A DNA stretch of 62,532 bases, filler included. It is 6 parts of 6 records of this genome, joined end to end, with 100 filler letters (N's around TTAATTAATTAA, not from the genome) between each part and the next. Parts side by side here need not be neighbours in the genome. Positions count along the whole stretch, not along the records: positions 1 to 23,892 come from SRR31147125_18034; positions 23,993 to 33,816 come from SRR31147125_18042; 4 more parts are not named here. One strand, written 5' to 3'. Both the position numbers and the translations under genes were made by a program. This document shows positions 21,389 to 32,662 of this stretch, piece by piece. How positions within the stretch are numbered: the first letter of the stretch is position 1; every line of letters begins with the position of its first letter. Below the pieces are notes generated by a model, which saw only the letters and a program-made list of their open reading frames with translations, was not told the origin of the DNA and ran no database searches.

Positions 21389-22381
21389 CTACCGGCATCC
21401 ACAGGACTGGCGAACGATCAGATTCGACTTCAGCACGACCTCTCGACACGGCCGGGCAGAATCACTGACTCTTTTAATAAGAAGTTCGGCTGCAGTGCGA
21501 CCGATTTCGTACGTTGGTTGTTCAATAACGGTGAGCGCAGGGTCGTGCAGCGTGGCCCAGATCGTATCATCAAAGCTTGTAAACGCGATATCGTCGGGAA
21601 CGCTCAATCCGGATTTGCGAATTGCCATGAGTATGCCGGCGGCCAGTAAACTGTTGCTCGTGAAGACAGCGTCCGGTCTATCCGTCATTTCCAGCAGTTT
21701 CGTCATTATCCTAAACCCGTCATCTTCCCGGGCATCGGTGTATTTAACTAATTCTTTCAGCGGTTTGAGACCGTAATCCTTGTGGGCCTGAACAAACCCC
21801 GCGCGACGATCACGACCGGTTGTACTCGTTCCGAATATGCCTGCTATTCGCCGACAACCGTGTGAGAGCAGGTGTGTAACTGCATGATGAGCGGATGCAA
21901 GGTTGTCGATCAGCACATTATCGATGTCATATTTCCCGACACGCCGGTCAATAACGACCACGGGCGTATCGAGCGCCAGAATATCCTCAAACTCGTCGAG
22001 CCCCTCCAGGGTTGGCGCGAGAATAGCGCCGGCAAGGTTACCAACACGGAGGAGGTCGAGACACTTCTTCTCCTTGTCCCGGTCCTCATCGGTGTTGCAC
22101 ACGATAACGTTGTAACCCAGTTCCTGCGCGGTGTCGTCGACAGCCCTGCTGACCTTTTGGAAGTATGGATTTTCGATATCGGCGACAATCAGTGCGATGA
22201 TTCTGGAGGTACTCGAACGGAGGCTCTGAGCGACGCGATTCGGCTGATAATTGAGTTTCTTTACAACCGCCAATACACGCTTTTTCACCTCAGGGCGCAC
22301 ATGAGGTTTATTTGACAATACCCGTGATACGGTGGCGGTCGAGACCCCCGCCGCATCAGCAACATCTTTTATTTTAACCAT
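21389..22381 (-). CDS. LacI family transcriptional regulator
   Basis: IKDVADAAGVSTATVSRVL HTH, YQPNRVAQSL hinge, LIVRQSC terminus. Confidence 0.96.
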   Translation of the reverse strand: MVKIKDVADAAGVSTATVSRVLSNKPHVRPEVKKRVLAVVKKLNYQPNRVAQSLRSSTSRIIALIVADIENPYFQKVSRAVDDTAQELGYNVIVCNTDEDRDKEKKCLDLLRVGNLAGAILAPTLEGLDEFEDILALDTPVVVIDRRVGKYDIDNVLIDNLASAHHAVTHLLSHGCRRIAGIFGTSTTGRDRRAGFVQAHKDYGLKPLKELVKYTDAREDDGFRIMTKLLEMTDRPDAVFTSNSLLAAGILMAIRKSGLSVPDDIAFTSFDDTIWATLHDPALTVIEQPTYEIGRTAAELLIKRVSDSARPCREVVLKSNLIVRQSCGCR

Positions 22382-22426
22382 AGTACAATCACTTTTCTTA
22401 TCTGTAAGGGAGTATGTTAAATCATA

Positions 22427-22440
22427 TGTAATCGATTACA
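22427..22440. promoter_or_regulatory. LacI-type operator (autoregulatory)
   Basis: Perfect palindrome TGTAATCGATTACA with central CG, 46 nt upstream of the LacI start. Confidence 0.75.
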
Positions 22441-22834
22441 CTTTTTCAGTCAAACCAAATTATCCAGTATACTGTCAATTGCGTAATTGCCATCACCATC
22501 AATGTGCAAACGGGGAATTCCTGCCTGCGCCTTTCCTTTCACCATAATTTCCTCAATATATTGATATCACATAGCATAAGAGCATCACTAGAGGACGGAC
22601 CGTAGCGGATTAAAATGCAAGTTTGAAGCATGCTCGCCTGGGGGCCGACGGATCGACAAATAATGTAACCGATTGTTCTGCATCAACACAAATAGTCAAA
22701 ACAATAAATTGGAATAGTCTGCAAACAATTATTTCCTGCCGGGAACAATGGGCATTATTTCTTTATTATCGATACAATAGTCAAAAATTATCGAGCACGC
22801 TGAGGAAATGTCATGGATAGTATCGATATACACT

Positions 22835-22850
22835 ATGTAAACGTTTACAT
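22835..22850. promoter_or_regulatory. second LacI-type operator
   Basis: Perfect palindrome ATGTAAACGTTTACAT; a partial copy TGTAACCGATT lies at about 22664. Confidence 0.65.
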
Positions 22851-23465
22851 TCAGTCCGGAGTTGGATATGGATGTGGAAACTGAAAACGAGATGCCCGGA
22901 CTCATTGCCCGGAACCTCTCCTGCCTCGGTCTCGTCAATTGAAACTCATCGGGGTGGCAGCAGGCAGGACACAACGTGCCACAGGGCTATGCGGTAAAGC
23001 TGCCGCTTACCAGAAAGACAGATCGGTGAGCACGCGCCTGAAATGGTATCCTGCCATCTCCTAATGACCGGAAAACACCTGGTTCTGAACGGATATGATC
23101 AGGGCCAGTACAGCGAGAACGGAGTTATCCGCGTATGATAGTGCGACACAGATGTGATTAATCGTTGTGCGCTCCTGCATTAATGAAGAGTCTGAGACAT
23201 CGAAACAAGTGTCAATCCCCGCAGCAGTCTGATGGTAATTCCCCCTGTTTGATGCCTTCATTGTAAGAACCTCGTCCGGCACACTATCGAACCAAACCGG
23301 ACAAACAGGTGAGGGCCTTGAAAGTTCAGAATATGGTTCAAAAGACTGTTTTTCGAGTCAGGCGGGAATCTCAAATTGCGCATTCTGGCTATGCATATAT
23401 AGTGGCATAGAGAATATTGAGTTATGTTTTTTTCAATATAGTTACCTTTATATAGAGAGCGTCAT

Positions 23466-23753
23466 ATGACCAAAGAAAAATTCCCGATAATTGCTGCAGC
23501 ACTTGGTTTTCTATTAACGTTACTGGTTTTAACAGGCAGCCAACAGGGAGACGACGGCAGTACGCTCATACCACTTCTGACACTTCTTCTTATCTCTGAG
23601 TTTGGCGTAATCGTAACGGGAATCGGTTTGTACCTTGGCGGCAGAAACTTCCTGGAAACCGGAACCATTTCAAACCAGACACTTGCCGCACTTTTATGCG
23701 TTTGTTTCCTGATTCACTTCCTCATTCGTGGTATTCAACTCTGGCCCCTCTGA
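23466..23753 (+). CDS. small membrane protein, three predicted TM helices, unknown function
   Basis: Three hydrophobic stretches; PLLTLLLISEFG and LWP terminus; GAGAG RBS. Confidence 0.75.
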   Translation: MTKEKFPIIAAALGFLLTLLVLTGSQQGDDGSTLIPLLTLLLISEFGVIVTGIGLYLGGRNFLETGTISNQTLAALLCVCFLIHFLIRGIQLWPL

Positions 23754-23892
23754 TTCCGACATTCAGCAAACGCCGGTTTCAGGAAGCGTTCTTCTGTCCC
23801 CCCCAAGGACCTCGTGACTATTCTGGTCATAGCGGTTTTTTCCAGACAGGGAGGCTCATCCAGAGAGCGGACGAAACTCAGGCCTGCCTCGA

Positions 23893-23992
23893 NNNNNNNN
23901 NNNNNNNNNNNNNNNNNNNNNNNNNNNNNNNNNNNNTTAATTAATTAANNNNNNNNNNNNNNNNNNNNNNNNNNNNNNNNNNNNNNNNNNNN
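23893..23992. other. artificial contig linker
   Basis: N-run + TTAATTAATTAA (stops in six frames) + N-run. Confidence 0.99.
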
Positions 23993-24046
23993 TTTTTTAT
24001 TAGTTAATTTAAATCCTGAAGCTATATAAAATTTCGAAAATAGATT

Positions 24047-25275
24047 CTAGGGGCGGCGGGCGGGATTAGATATTTCCTTTTCTACGATAGCCTTCAAAAT
24101 ATCCGTATTCTTCCAGTACTTTAAATTTCTATTGTTTATGAAAATTGACGGGGTGCCTGTTATGTAGATTTTTCTTGCTGAATCGATTTCGCTTTTTAGT
24201 GTGCGCTCAACTTCGGAGCTATTTAGGCATTCTACAAACTTGTCTTCATTCATATTGAGTTTTTTAGCAATATCTTTTAGCAACATAAGATTGATATTTC
24301 CCGTGCTTCGAAAGAGCTCATCATGAAAACGCCAGAACTTACCGACCTTTTCTGCACACAGACCACCCTTTGCTCCAAGACATGCACCCGGGTGCATCTG
24401 ATGCTGCATATAGTGGTTACAAGTTGAATCTAGTGGATAGTTAACGAAATAGTAGGCTACATCGTCTTTATATTCGGCCAAGAAAGGTTTGATTGTGAAA
24501 GCTGCAATCTTACAAAATGGGCATCTATAATCACTATACTCTACGATAGTTACCGGAGCGCCCTTCTTTCCCCACATAGGAGTTGTGGCTTCATTTATTT
24601 TTATTTCGTATTTTGACTGTCTGTAGTGACGATCGACATAATCATCTATCTGACTTTGGCTCAACCTATCAATCTTTGCAGTTGATGTTGTAATAAAGAC
24701 AAGGCTGATTCCAAATATGATAACTGAAATTAAAAAATGAGTCCCAAATTTAGGCACAAAATCGATACACTTTTTCTTCTTTGACAAGAGCGTAACCCAG
24801 TATCCAAACAAAAATTTAGAGCACTCTGAACGAGGAATCCCCATTGCCAAATACAAACTAATAAAGAGCGTAATATTAACAAGGTACATTGCTATGCATG
24901 TTAAACAGAGAGTATTCAAAACAAAGATCGAAACATACATAAGCCCTAGAGAATAAAGCACAGCAGGAACTGTCGACCACCATGAAAAGGCAACTGTTGG
25001 CCTCCTTATTCCTCTGGAAAATCTAGCATACGCTGAAAAATCAGGATAAGAAAATAGTAAGCAAAACCTAAACCGGCAATCGGGATATCATTGATAGCAG
25101 CAAAACTACTTGCCTCTACAACATCGCAATTAATATGTTCAGAAAGAGCACAGAAACTCTCTTTGTCAAGATCTGTACCACTATGGATTCTTAAGTAATT
25201 ATGAAATGAAACACCAGCTGCGACCATTCCAAAGACACAGGCAATAATCGCAACCATCAACCATTTTCTCTTCAT
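24047..25275 (-). CDS. VKOR-DsbA (thioredoxin-fold) fusion protein, one frameshift at about 25038
   Basis: SFCALSEHINCDVV loop cysteines and CLTC of VKOR; DsbA domain GKKGAPVTIVEYSDYRCPFC...ITGTPSIFIN. Confidence 0.87.
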
Positions 25276-25390
25276 TAACTATCCCCCTGATAGTAGTCAC
25301 AGTAGATTCTACGAGATCGAAAGAGATTACAGCGAATTCGCACTTTCATCAAGTATTTCTTCTTAAAGCTATTTGAGCCCAATTTTAGTC

Positions 25391-27194
25391 TTAGGAATCG
25401 GCAAAACTGCGTAATTTTTTGGCACGACTTGGATGACGCAATTTACGCAATGCTTTTGCCTCAATCTGACGAATTCTCTCTTGTAACAGCGAAATCACGA
25501 CCAACCTCTTCCAAAGTATGATCCGATTTCTCACCAATACCAAAACGCATTCTCAAGACCTTTTCTTCTCTTGGAGTTAAAGTCATAAGAACCTTCTTGG
25601 TCTGTTCTGAGAGGTTCATATAGGTAACGGCTTCTGAAGGGGTTTCAATCGACTTATCTTCGATAAAATCACCAAGATGTGAATCTTCTTCTTCACCGAT
25701 AGGAGTTTCAAGAGAAATTGGCTCTTTCGCAATTCTCAAGACCTTACGAACTTTTTCAAGAGGCAGCTCCATCTTTTCAGCAATTTCATCTGGAGTTGGC
25801 TCACGACCCATCTCTTGAACGAGGTATCTTGAGGTACGAACCAATTTATTGATTGTTTCAATCATATGAACAGGGATACGGATTGTTCTCGCTTGATCAG
25901 CAATAGCTCTAGTAATTGCCTGACGAATCCACCATGTTGCATATGTACTAAACTTGTAACCTCTTCTATAATCAAACTTATCAACAGCCTTCATCAATCC
26001 AATATTTCCTTCCTGGATGAGATCTAGGAACTGTAAGCCTCTATTTGTATATTTCTTTGCAATACTAACAACGAGTCTCAAGTTTGCTTCGACGAGCTCT
26101 GATTTTGCTCTCTCTGCAAAAGTTTTGGCTCCCTGCAAAGCGCTAAATGTCTTTCTTAGCCCTTCACCATTCTGGCCAACACTCTTTTCAATCTCTTTAA
26201 TCTCTTTATCTGCTTCTTTAAACTTAACTTCCAACTCAGCAACATCTTCTACTTCTAACTTGGTAGCAGTTAAGAGTTTTCTCTTTTGATAAGCATTCTT
26301 TTTGAAGGCCGAAAAAGTCTTCCTCACTTCAGCAGCATCAACTTTTAACTTTCTAGCAACCTCTTTAATTGATCTATCGGCCTTCTGGCTCTTGCCAACC
26401 ATTCTGTGCAAACGATCAATAACAGCATCGATAGTCTTCTTATTCAAATTCATCTCTTTCAAACAAGAGAGCATCTCTTTTTGGATCTCATCAACTTTGG
26501 CTTGAGCTTTTTCTTTAGTTTTATCTGTCAATCTTGAATTGGTAAGTTTATTGGCGTGAGGCTTGCTCGACTTTACAAGAGCTCTAACCTTACTCATTAA
26601 TTTTAAAACGTCTAATCTGGCATTTTCTTCATCGAAAGATGTATTTTCATCAATGTCATCAACTTCTTTAATAATTTCTACAACACGCAATTTGCGTTTA
26701 CTAATTGCTTCACCAAGATTGAGAACGGAGTTAATACCTAAAGGAGATGAAAGGAGAACGTTGAACATCTCATTCTCGCCTCTTTCAATCCTCTTGGCAA
26801 TTTCAACTTCGCCTTCTCTAGTTAAAAGAGCAACTGAACCCATTTTTCTTAAGTACATTCTTACAGGGTCACTGCCTCTCCAACTTGATCCTGCAGCTCC
26901 AGCGCTGACAGGCTTCTTAGTTGGGGCTTTCTCTTCTTTTTTCTCTTCTTTAACATCAGTCATCTTTGATTGTTTGACTTTGGCTTCGCCTTCTTCAGCG
27001 CTATCAACAACATCGATATCCATTTCGTCAAACATCTCTAAAACTTCATCAATCTGATCAGCAGAGACCATATCAGATGGCAAAGCATTATTAACTTCAT
27101 CAAATGTGAGGAATCCCTTTTCCTTACCAACATCTATAAGAGCTTTTACTTTTTTAATATTTTTCTTATCTATAGTGTCTTTAATCAGGGTCAT
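25391..27194 (-). CDS. rpoD: RNA polymerase sigma factor RpoD; 2-nt loss in an AG repeat near 25478
   Basis: [42 protein letters not shown]; shifted frame gives [17 protein letters not shown] to stop at 25391-25393. Confidence 0.97.
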
Positions 27195-27209
27195 CTCTCC
27201 TCCTAATAA

Positions 27210-28979
27210 TTATGCATTTTGTGATATCAGTTTATTCTTTTCAGACATTAATTTTATAACCTTATCTTCGTCTCGAGCTCTTTCGGCTTCTTTTATCGCT
27301 TCTGTGATATTTTTGAGCCGAACCTCAAGACTAGATTTTGTTACATGTCTGATACAGTCCTCGACGATAACAGAAGCATCTTCGCTGCCTATCTCATCGT
27401 CGTTTATTGACAAAGATTGAATGGTGTTCGATAAAGCATCATCAGCAACATAATCGAGCAAACCACCAACCGAAAACTTTCCATCCTCTGCCAATTTACA
27501 AATAAGCTCATAGATCGTTCTATATGAAGCATCCGTGAAATGGGCGGCATCGATATTTTTGCTGATTTTATAGATGTACTCTGGGTACTCTATCATTATT
27601 TTTAGCAAAAAATTCTCTGTCGCTAGCTTTCCAACGGGAGCTCTATTAGAAGAACTACCTGAGCTCGCTTTATATTCAAACTGATGCAGCAAATCGTTCT
27701 CATCCATCTTGAAAGCATCAGCCAATTTCTTTCTATAAAAAGTAAACTCTATTGCATTTTCAATTTTTTCAAAGAAACTCTGAATTTCTGTTAACTGCTT
27801 AAACTTCTTTGTTGGATCGGCTCCTGTCTCCTCTGCGCGTTTAAAAATAAACCACTCAAAAAGAGTTGCAGCACCATTAACAATTTCCAACAATTCAGAA
27901 CCGCTATGCTCTTTTAACCAATCATCGGGATCATCACCATTTGGCAAGATCACGATCTTTGGCATAATTCCAACTTCTAAGAAACTTGGCAGAGCCCTTT
28001 CAGCAGCTTTAATCCCAGCACTATCACCATCAAAGAGCATAACCATGTTCTTGGTATAGCGACCAAGCAATCTAATGTGGCCAGTGGTAATAGCTGTTCC
28101 AAGTGGAGCAACCACGTTGAAGATACCAGCTAAATTCAAAGCTATCGTATCCATGTATCCTTCAACAATGACAACCTGGTCGTTCTCTCTAATTGCACTG
28201 TTCGCTACATTCAATCCGTAGACCGAATGACTTTTATGGTAAATAATGGAGTCTGGAGAATTAAGATATTTCGCCATATTACTATCTTTTTCATCGGGCA
28301 AAACTCTTCCACCGAAACCCAGTATCTCCGAACGATGCGAAATGATCGGAAAAACTAGTCTATTACGAAAAAAATCGTAATAATCTCCATTACTTTTGCG
28401 TTTTACCAAGCCAAGCTCTTCAGCCAGGTCTAACGGTACATTTTTCTGGCTTAAATGGTTTGCTAACGCATTCCAGTTATCATCGGCATAACCTAGAAAA
28501 TGTTGCGTGGAAATATCATCAGAAATACCTCTTAATTTCAAATAGTTAACAATACCACTATTCTCAGATGCATCTTTTAATCTATTTTGAAAGAACTCAG
28601 AGGCAATTTCGTTAACTCTAAGTAAATACTTCTTCTTTTTGGCTATTTGAGTGTTTCTATCCCTCTTTTCAGGGGTCTCGTCCTCTTTTGGCAACTCAAC
28701 ACCCGCTCTAGAAGCTAAAACTTCGACAGCTTCCCTAAAAGAGATACCGTCGTACTTCATTACAAAGCTGAAAATATTTCCACCTTCTCCACATCCAAAA
28801 CAGTGAAAAATCTGTTTTTCATCGCTAACCATAAAGGAAGAATCCTTCTCGGAATGAAAAGGACAAATACCTTTAAAATTTCTACCTGCTTTTTTTAGAG
28901 GAATGTGTTCACCAATAAAGGAGACAATCGATACTCGATTTCTAATTTCATCTAATATGGATTGCTCATAAAAGACCAT
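27210..28979 (-). CDS. dnaG: DNA primase
   Basis: CPFHSEK...HCFGC zinc finger, FRNRLVFPI, FGGR, KYLNSP, EGYMD, FDGDSAG, DPD. Confidence 0.97.
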   Translation of the reverse strand: MVFYEQSILDEIRNRVSIVSFIGEHIPLKKAGRNFKGICPFHSEKDSSFMVSDEKQIFHCFGCGEGGNIFSFVMKYDGISFREAVEVLASRAGVELPKEDETPEKRDRNTQIAKKKKYLLRVNEIASEFFQNRLKDASENSGIVNYLKLRGISDDISTQHFLGYADDNWNALANHLSQKNVPLDLAEELGLVKRKSNGDYYDFFRNRLVFPIISHRSEILGFGGRVLPDEKDSNMAKYLNSPDSIIYHKSHSVYGLNVANSAIRENDQVVIVEGYMDTIALNLAGIFNVVAPLGTAITTGHIRLLGRYTKNMVMLFDGDSAGIKAAERALPSFLEVGIMPKIVILPNGDDPDDWLKEHSGSELLEIVNGAATLFEWFIFKRAEETGADPTKKFKQLTEIQSFFEKIENAIEFTFYRKKLADAFKMDENDLLHQFEYKASSGSSSNRAPVGKLATENFLLKIMIEYPEYIYKISKNIDAAHFTDASYRTIYELICKLAEDGKFSVGGLLDYVADDALSNTIQSLSINDDEIGSEDASVIVEDCIRHVTKSSLEVRLKNITEAIKEAERARDEDKVIKLMSEKNKLISQNA

Positions 28980-29070
28980 ATAACCCCTTATCGGTCTGCA
29001 TGTTTACAAAAAGATAAAGAAACTCGAGTTCGCAAACTTTCAACTTAGTAAAGAGAACAACTGTACTTGA

Positions 29071-29520
29071 TTATTTCGTCTGTAATTTTTTTAACACTAA
29101 AGAATTGACCAATTTGCCATCAGCGTTACCTGCAGTCTTTTGCATGACAACTTTCATAACTTTTCCCATCTCTTTTGGACTGCTGGCGCCTGTTTCGGAT
29201 ATAGCTTCATCAACTATTTTTTCAACTTCAGCTTCTGATAAAGAAGGCGGAAGATAAGATTCTAAGGTCACTAGCTCTTTCTGCTCAGCTTCCGCCAAAT
29301 CATCTCTTCCGCCATTTTTAAATTGTTCGATTGAATCTTTGCACTGCTTAACTAATGTACGAACAACTTGAACCGTTTCTTTTTCTTCCAACTCTTTTCG
29401 AAGCTCAATAGACTTGTTTTTCAACGCAGTCTTAATTGCACGTATAGCCCTTAGAGCGTCTTCATCTTTGCTCCTAAGTGCTGATTTTAAATCTTCATCA
29501 ATTCTTTTAATAAAACTCAT
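29071..29520 (-). CDS. yqeY: GatB/YqeY domain protein
   Basis: DSIEQFKNGGRDDLA, YLP, MGKVMK, ADGK; between rpsU and dnaG. Confidence 0.93.
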   Translation of the reverse strand: MSFIKRIDEDLKSALRSKDEDALRAIRAIKTALKNKSIELRKELEEKETVQVVRTLVKQCKDSIEQFKNGGRDDLAEAEQKELVTLESYLPPSLSEAEVEKIVDEAISETGASSPKEMGKVMKVVMQKTAGNADGKLVNSLVLKKLQTK

Positions 29521-29537
29521 AGTAAAAAATGACCTAA

Positions 29538-29725
29538 TTATTTACCTGCAGGTCTTCTTCCGCGTTTTTTAGCGGCAGCATTTTTTTCTTCTTTGTTTCG
29601 CTTGGCTTTTCATAGCACTCGCGCTTACGGATCTCGGAGAGAACGCCTGCTTTTTCAACCTGCTTTTTAAATCTACGATAAGCTTGCTCGAAAGACTCTC
29701 CGTCTCTGATCTTAACTCCTGGCAT
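29538..29725 (-). CDS. rpsU: 30S ribosomal protein S21; frameshift in an A-run near 29585
   Basis: [26 protein letters not shown]; alternative frame ends [14 protein letters not shown]. Confidence 0.95.
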
Positions 29726-29870
29726 CTAACATCACCCCTTCCATCTCAATTATGTTGGGAATTTGAATTTGTGGGAAACTATGAAAAAACCTATGATTTG
29801 TCAAGGAATTACGTGGATATTGACCCAAAATTGGGACAATCTAACCTAAATTTCCTCATTTTTGACTTCA

Positions 29871-31985
29871 TTAGAAGTCATCTGAGTAAAAATCGACAGG
29901 TTCGTACTTATCACGGTCAGTTCTGGTAGTTAAATTTGGTGTTTTGAGGCCATCATATTTTGCATTACTACGGGCCTTAGACTCTTTAGAGTATGAAAAT
30001 CCGGTGCCCCTTAAGACATCTCTTGCGCTAGATAGCTCTGCAATTGAACCATTCTTCACAGTCAACATGAAGAGATTTCTCTGAAATTCTCCACCTTCCC
30101 GAGAATTGATGCTTCCAGTTGCACCACCCAGGTTCTTAATTGTACCTAGGGCTGCTTTTAGTTTATGTCTATCCGTGCCACCCTGATTAATACCGGCAGC
30201 CATTATTCTCAATGAATCGAACGCTTGAGCTTCGAGAATTGTTGGCTCCATTCCAAATGCTGCTGTAAAATTCTGAACAAAGTTTCTTGTGGTTACATCT
30301 GAACTGCCTTTATAGAAACCATCAACAAAGACTGAACCATTCAAGAGACCGATATCGTTACTGACCAATCCAGGATTATTCCATCTATTGACACCCATAA
30401 AAACAATATTAGATGGCAAATTTCTACTGTCTGAATGAACAGACATTACTACATATCTGACAGCCTTGTAAGAATCTGGAATAAAGAGCGCCTGAACTCC
30501 CGAAGGAACACTGAATTTCTTTTCCATCCCTTCAACAATCCCACCGAAGCTAGAATAGCTACCTATCTCTTTTGTAACCTTTGATCTCCTTAGATCACTA
30601 TGAGCATAGGCCTTTTGAAAAACAACCTTACCACTGTAAGCCTGGACCGCATCGTTAAACAATTTTGAAAAACCAGAACCGTAGCTATTTGATGGATATA
30701 AAATTCCAAACTTAGTTATCTTCTTACGACTAACGGCATAAGAAACAAGTTGATCAACCTGGCTCTTTGGTGTCAAAGCATTCTTAAAAACATAATCACC
30801 AATTTCGGCAATTCCTGATTTCTGAGAAAGACTGATCATCGGAATATTTATATCTTGAGCTTTTCTAGCTGCAGAGCCAACTGTTGCAGAAAGTAATGGA
30901 CCAACGATACCAACTGCACCCTCTTTTGCTAACTCTTCAACGGCTTGAGAAGCACGAACAGGATCACCAGCAGAATCTTTAACGATCAACTCAACATTTA
31001 AAGAATTCGTACATGGTGGAGTTAAACCAGCAGCACATTGAATTCCATGAAGTGTTGAGTCACCATAAAGAGAGAACTTTCCAGTCAAAGGCAAAATAAC
31101 GCCAACCTTATATCGCTTACCACTCGTCTTTCCCTTTAATTCAGCCAACATAACTGAAGCATCTCCAGCAAACTCATGCTTTGGATAACCATTTACAAAC
31201 TTCTTCATATACTTCGAAGCTGAACTGAAATCACCCTGGCTATAGTAGACAAGCGCTGTCTTATACAAGAGGTATCCGCCTGATGGTTTACCCTTCATAT
31301 CTTTAAAAGGAAGATTTTCTACTTGAGCAATATTGACATTTGCATCTCGCGTCCACTCAACAACGACCTTTTTTGCTTCCGGTTCACTAATCAATTTTTC
31401 AGAGATTTTTCCTTTATAATCTTGAGGTGCAACTACTGCATAATCATCTAGCAAAAAGAGATACCACTTGATCATCTCATTGTCTGTTCGACCAGACACT
31501 TTTCCAGAAGTAATCGCGAGTGAATCGACACGAAGGCCAAGAATACTGCTCAAGTCTCTACGCTCTGTCTGATCAAGTATCGCATAAGCCTGGGCTGGCT
31601 TTTCCTGTTTCATCAGAGTCAAAGCTGCTTTGAATTGTGCTTTAGGTGCAATGTTTGGATTATATAAATTTTGAAAAGCTTCTCTATAATAAGAGAGGGC
31701 TGTATTGTAATCTTTTTTCAAGTAAGCAATCTCACCAAGTTTAAACTTGGCTTCGTCGGTATATTCATTGTAACCAAATGTTGTGAGGTAGCTTTGATAT
31801 TCTTGCCTTGCTTCATTCAACCTACCCGCTAAATAGCTATTCTCAGCATTTTGAAAAACCGTCTTCATCTCATCTGTCATAGGAGTCGGATATGAAGGAA
31901 CTCGACTTTTACCTGTAAAAGTTGCACACCCGAAAAGAGCAACAACTGTTAGAAGAACGACAAAACATTTAATTGATTGCTTCAC
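29871..31985 (-). CDS. penicillin-binding protein activator LpoA-like lipoprotein (TPR + periplasmic binding fold)
   Basis: GTG 31985 with AAGGAG RBS; lipobox LFGC; TPR region; VGVILPLTG...DS...IVGPL, ALFIPD, LEAQAFD. Confidence 0.8.
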   Translation of the reverse strand: MKQSIKCFVVLLTVVALFGCATFTGKSRVPSYPTPMTDEMKTVFQNAENSYLAGRLNEARQEYQSYLTTFGYNEYTDEAKFKLGEIAYLKKDYNTALSYYREAFQNLYNPNIAPKAQFKAALTLMKQEKPAQAYAILDQTERRDLSSILGLRVDSLAITSGKVSGRTDNEMIKWYLFLLDDYAVVAPQDYKGKISEKLISEPEAKKVVVEWTRDANVNIAQVENLPFKDMKGKPSGGYLLYKTALVYYSQGDFSSASKYMKKFVNGYPKHEFAGDASVMLAELKGKTSGKRYKVGVILPLTGKFSLYGDSTLHGIQCAAGLTPPCTNSLNVELIVKDSAGDPVRASQAVEELAKEGAVGIVGPLLSATVGSAARKAQDINIPMISLSQKSGIAEIGDYVFKNALTPKSQVDQLVSYAVSRKKITKFGILYPSNSYGSGFSKLFNDAVQAYSGKVVFQKAYAHSDLRRSKVTKEIGSYSSFGGIVEGMEKKFSVPSGVQALFIPDSYKAVRYVVMSVHSDSRNLPSNIVFMGVNRWNNPGLVSNDIGLLNGSVFVDGFYKGSSDVTTRNFVQNFTAAFGMEPTILEAQAFDSLRIMAAGINQGGTDRHKLKAALGTIKNLGGATGSINSREGGEFQRNLFMLTVKNGSIAELSSARDVLRGTGFSYSKESKARSNAKYDGLKTPNLTTRTDRDKYEPVDFYSDDF

Positions 31986-32038
31986 AAAAAACTCCTTATC
32001 TAAATTGAAGAAGCGATGAAACACCTCTATAATAAAAA

Positions 32039-32662
32039 TCAACCTTTTCCTTTAGAGACACTTACCATTGCAGGCCTAATTAATCTATCTTTTAATATAT
32101 AACCTTTTCTGTGTTGTTCAATCACACAGTCTTCGTCAACATCATCGCTAGGAAGATGAGCAACGGCCTCATGTTGCTCTGGATTGAATCTCTGTCCGAC
32201 AGCTTCAACCTCTGACAACCCGTATTTTCCCAAAATTGTCAAAAACTGTTTTGCCACCATTTCGACACCAGAAACAAAGTCTGTAAGCTCTTTTGATGCT
32301 CCTTCTGGCACATGTTCTAAGACTCTATCCATATCATCAAGAACAGGAAGAAGATCGGTCATTAGCTGTTCATTACTATACTTGAACATCTCCTCTTTCT
32401 CTCTCGATGTCCGTTTTTTGAAGTTGTCGAGTTCTGCCATAGCGCGCAAAAGTTTATCATAATGAGCTTTTGCCTCTTCTTCTGCAGATTTTAACTGATC
32501 CGTCAGTTTTTCAAGCTGGCCTTCATCCTTCCTCACATGCTTCTTTTCTTTGGCTTCAATCTTACTCTTCACTTTGCGATCAATATCCTCTTTCTTTTTG
32601 GAGACCTCTTTCTTCTTCTCCAACACTTCTTTTAATTGATCCACTTTTGTCTTACTCGTCAT
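32039..32662 (-). CDS. grpE: nucleotide exchange factor GrpE
   Basis: LRAMAELDNFKKR, LLPVLDD, FNPEQHEA, KGYILKDRLIRPAMV. Confidence 0.96.
   Translation of the reverse strand: MTSKTKVDQLKEVLEKKKEVSKKKEDIDRKVKSKIEAKEKKHVRKDEGQLEKLTDQLKSAEEEAKAHYDKLLRAMAELDNFKKRTSREKEEMFKYSNEQLMTDLLPVLDDMDRVLEHVPEGASKELTDFVSGVEMVAKQFLTILGKYGLSEVEAVGQRFNPEQHEAVAHLPSDDVDEDCVIEQHRKGYILKDRLIRPAMVSVSKGKG

Noticed and set aside
23893..23992. TTAATTAATTAA motif recurring five times as a biological repeat
   Set aside because: It is a standard six-frame-stop assembly linker flanked by Ns.
25391..25500. RpoD lacking region 4.2 end (truncated sigma factor)
   Set aside because: The missing [16 protein letters not shown] sequence is present in another frame after an AG dinucleotide run.
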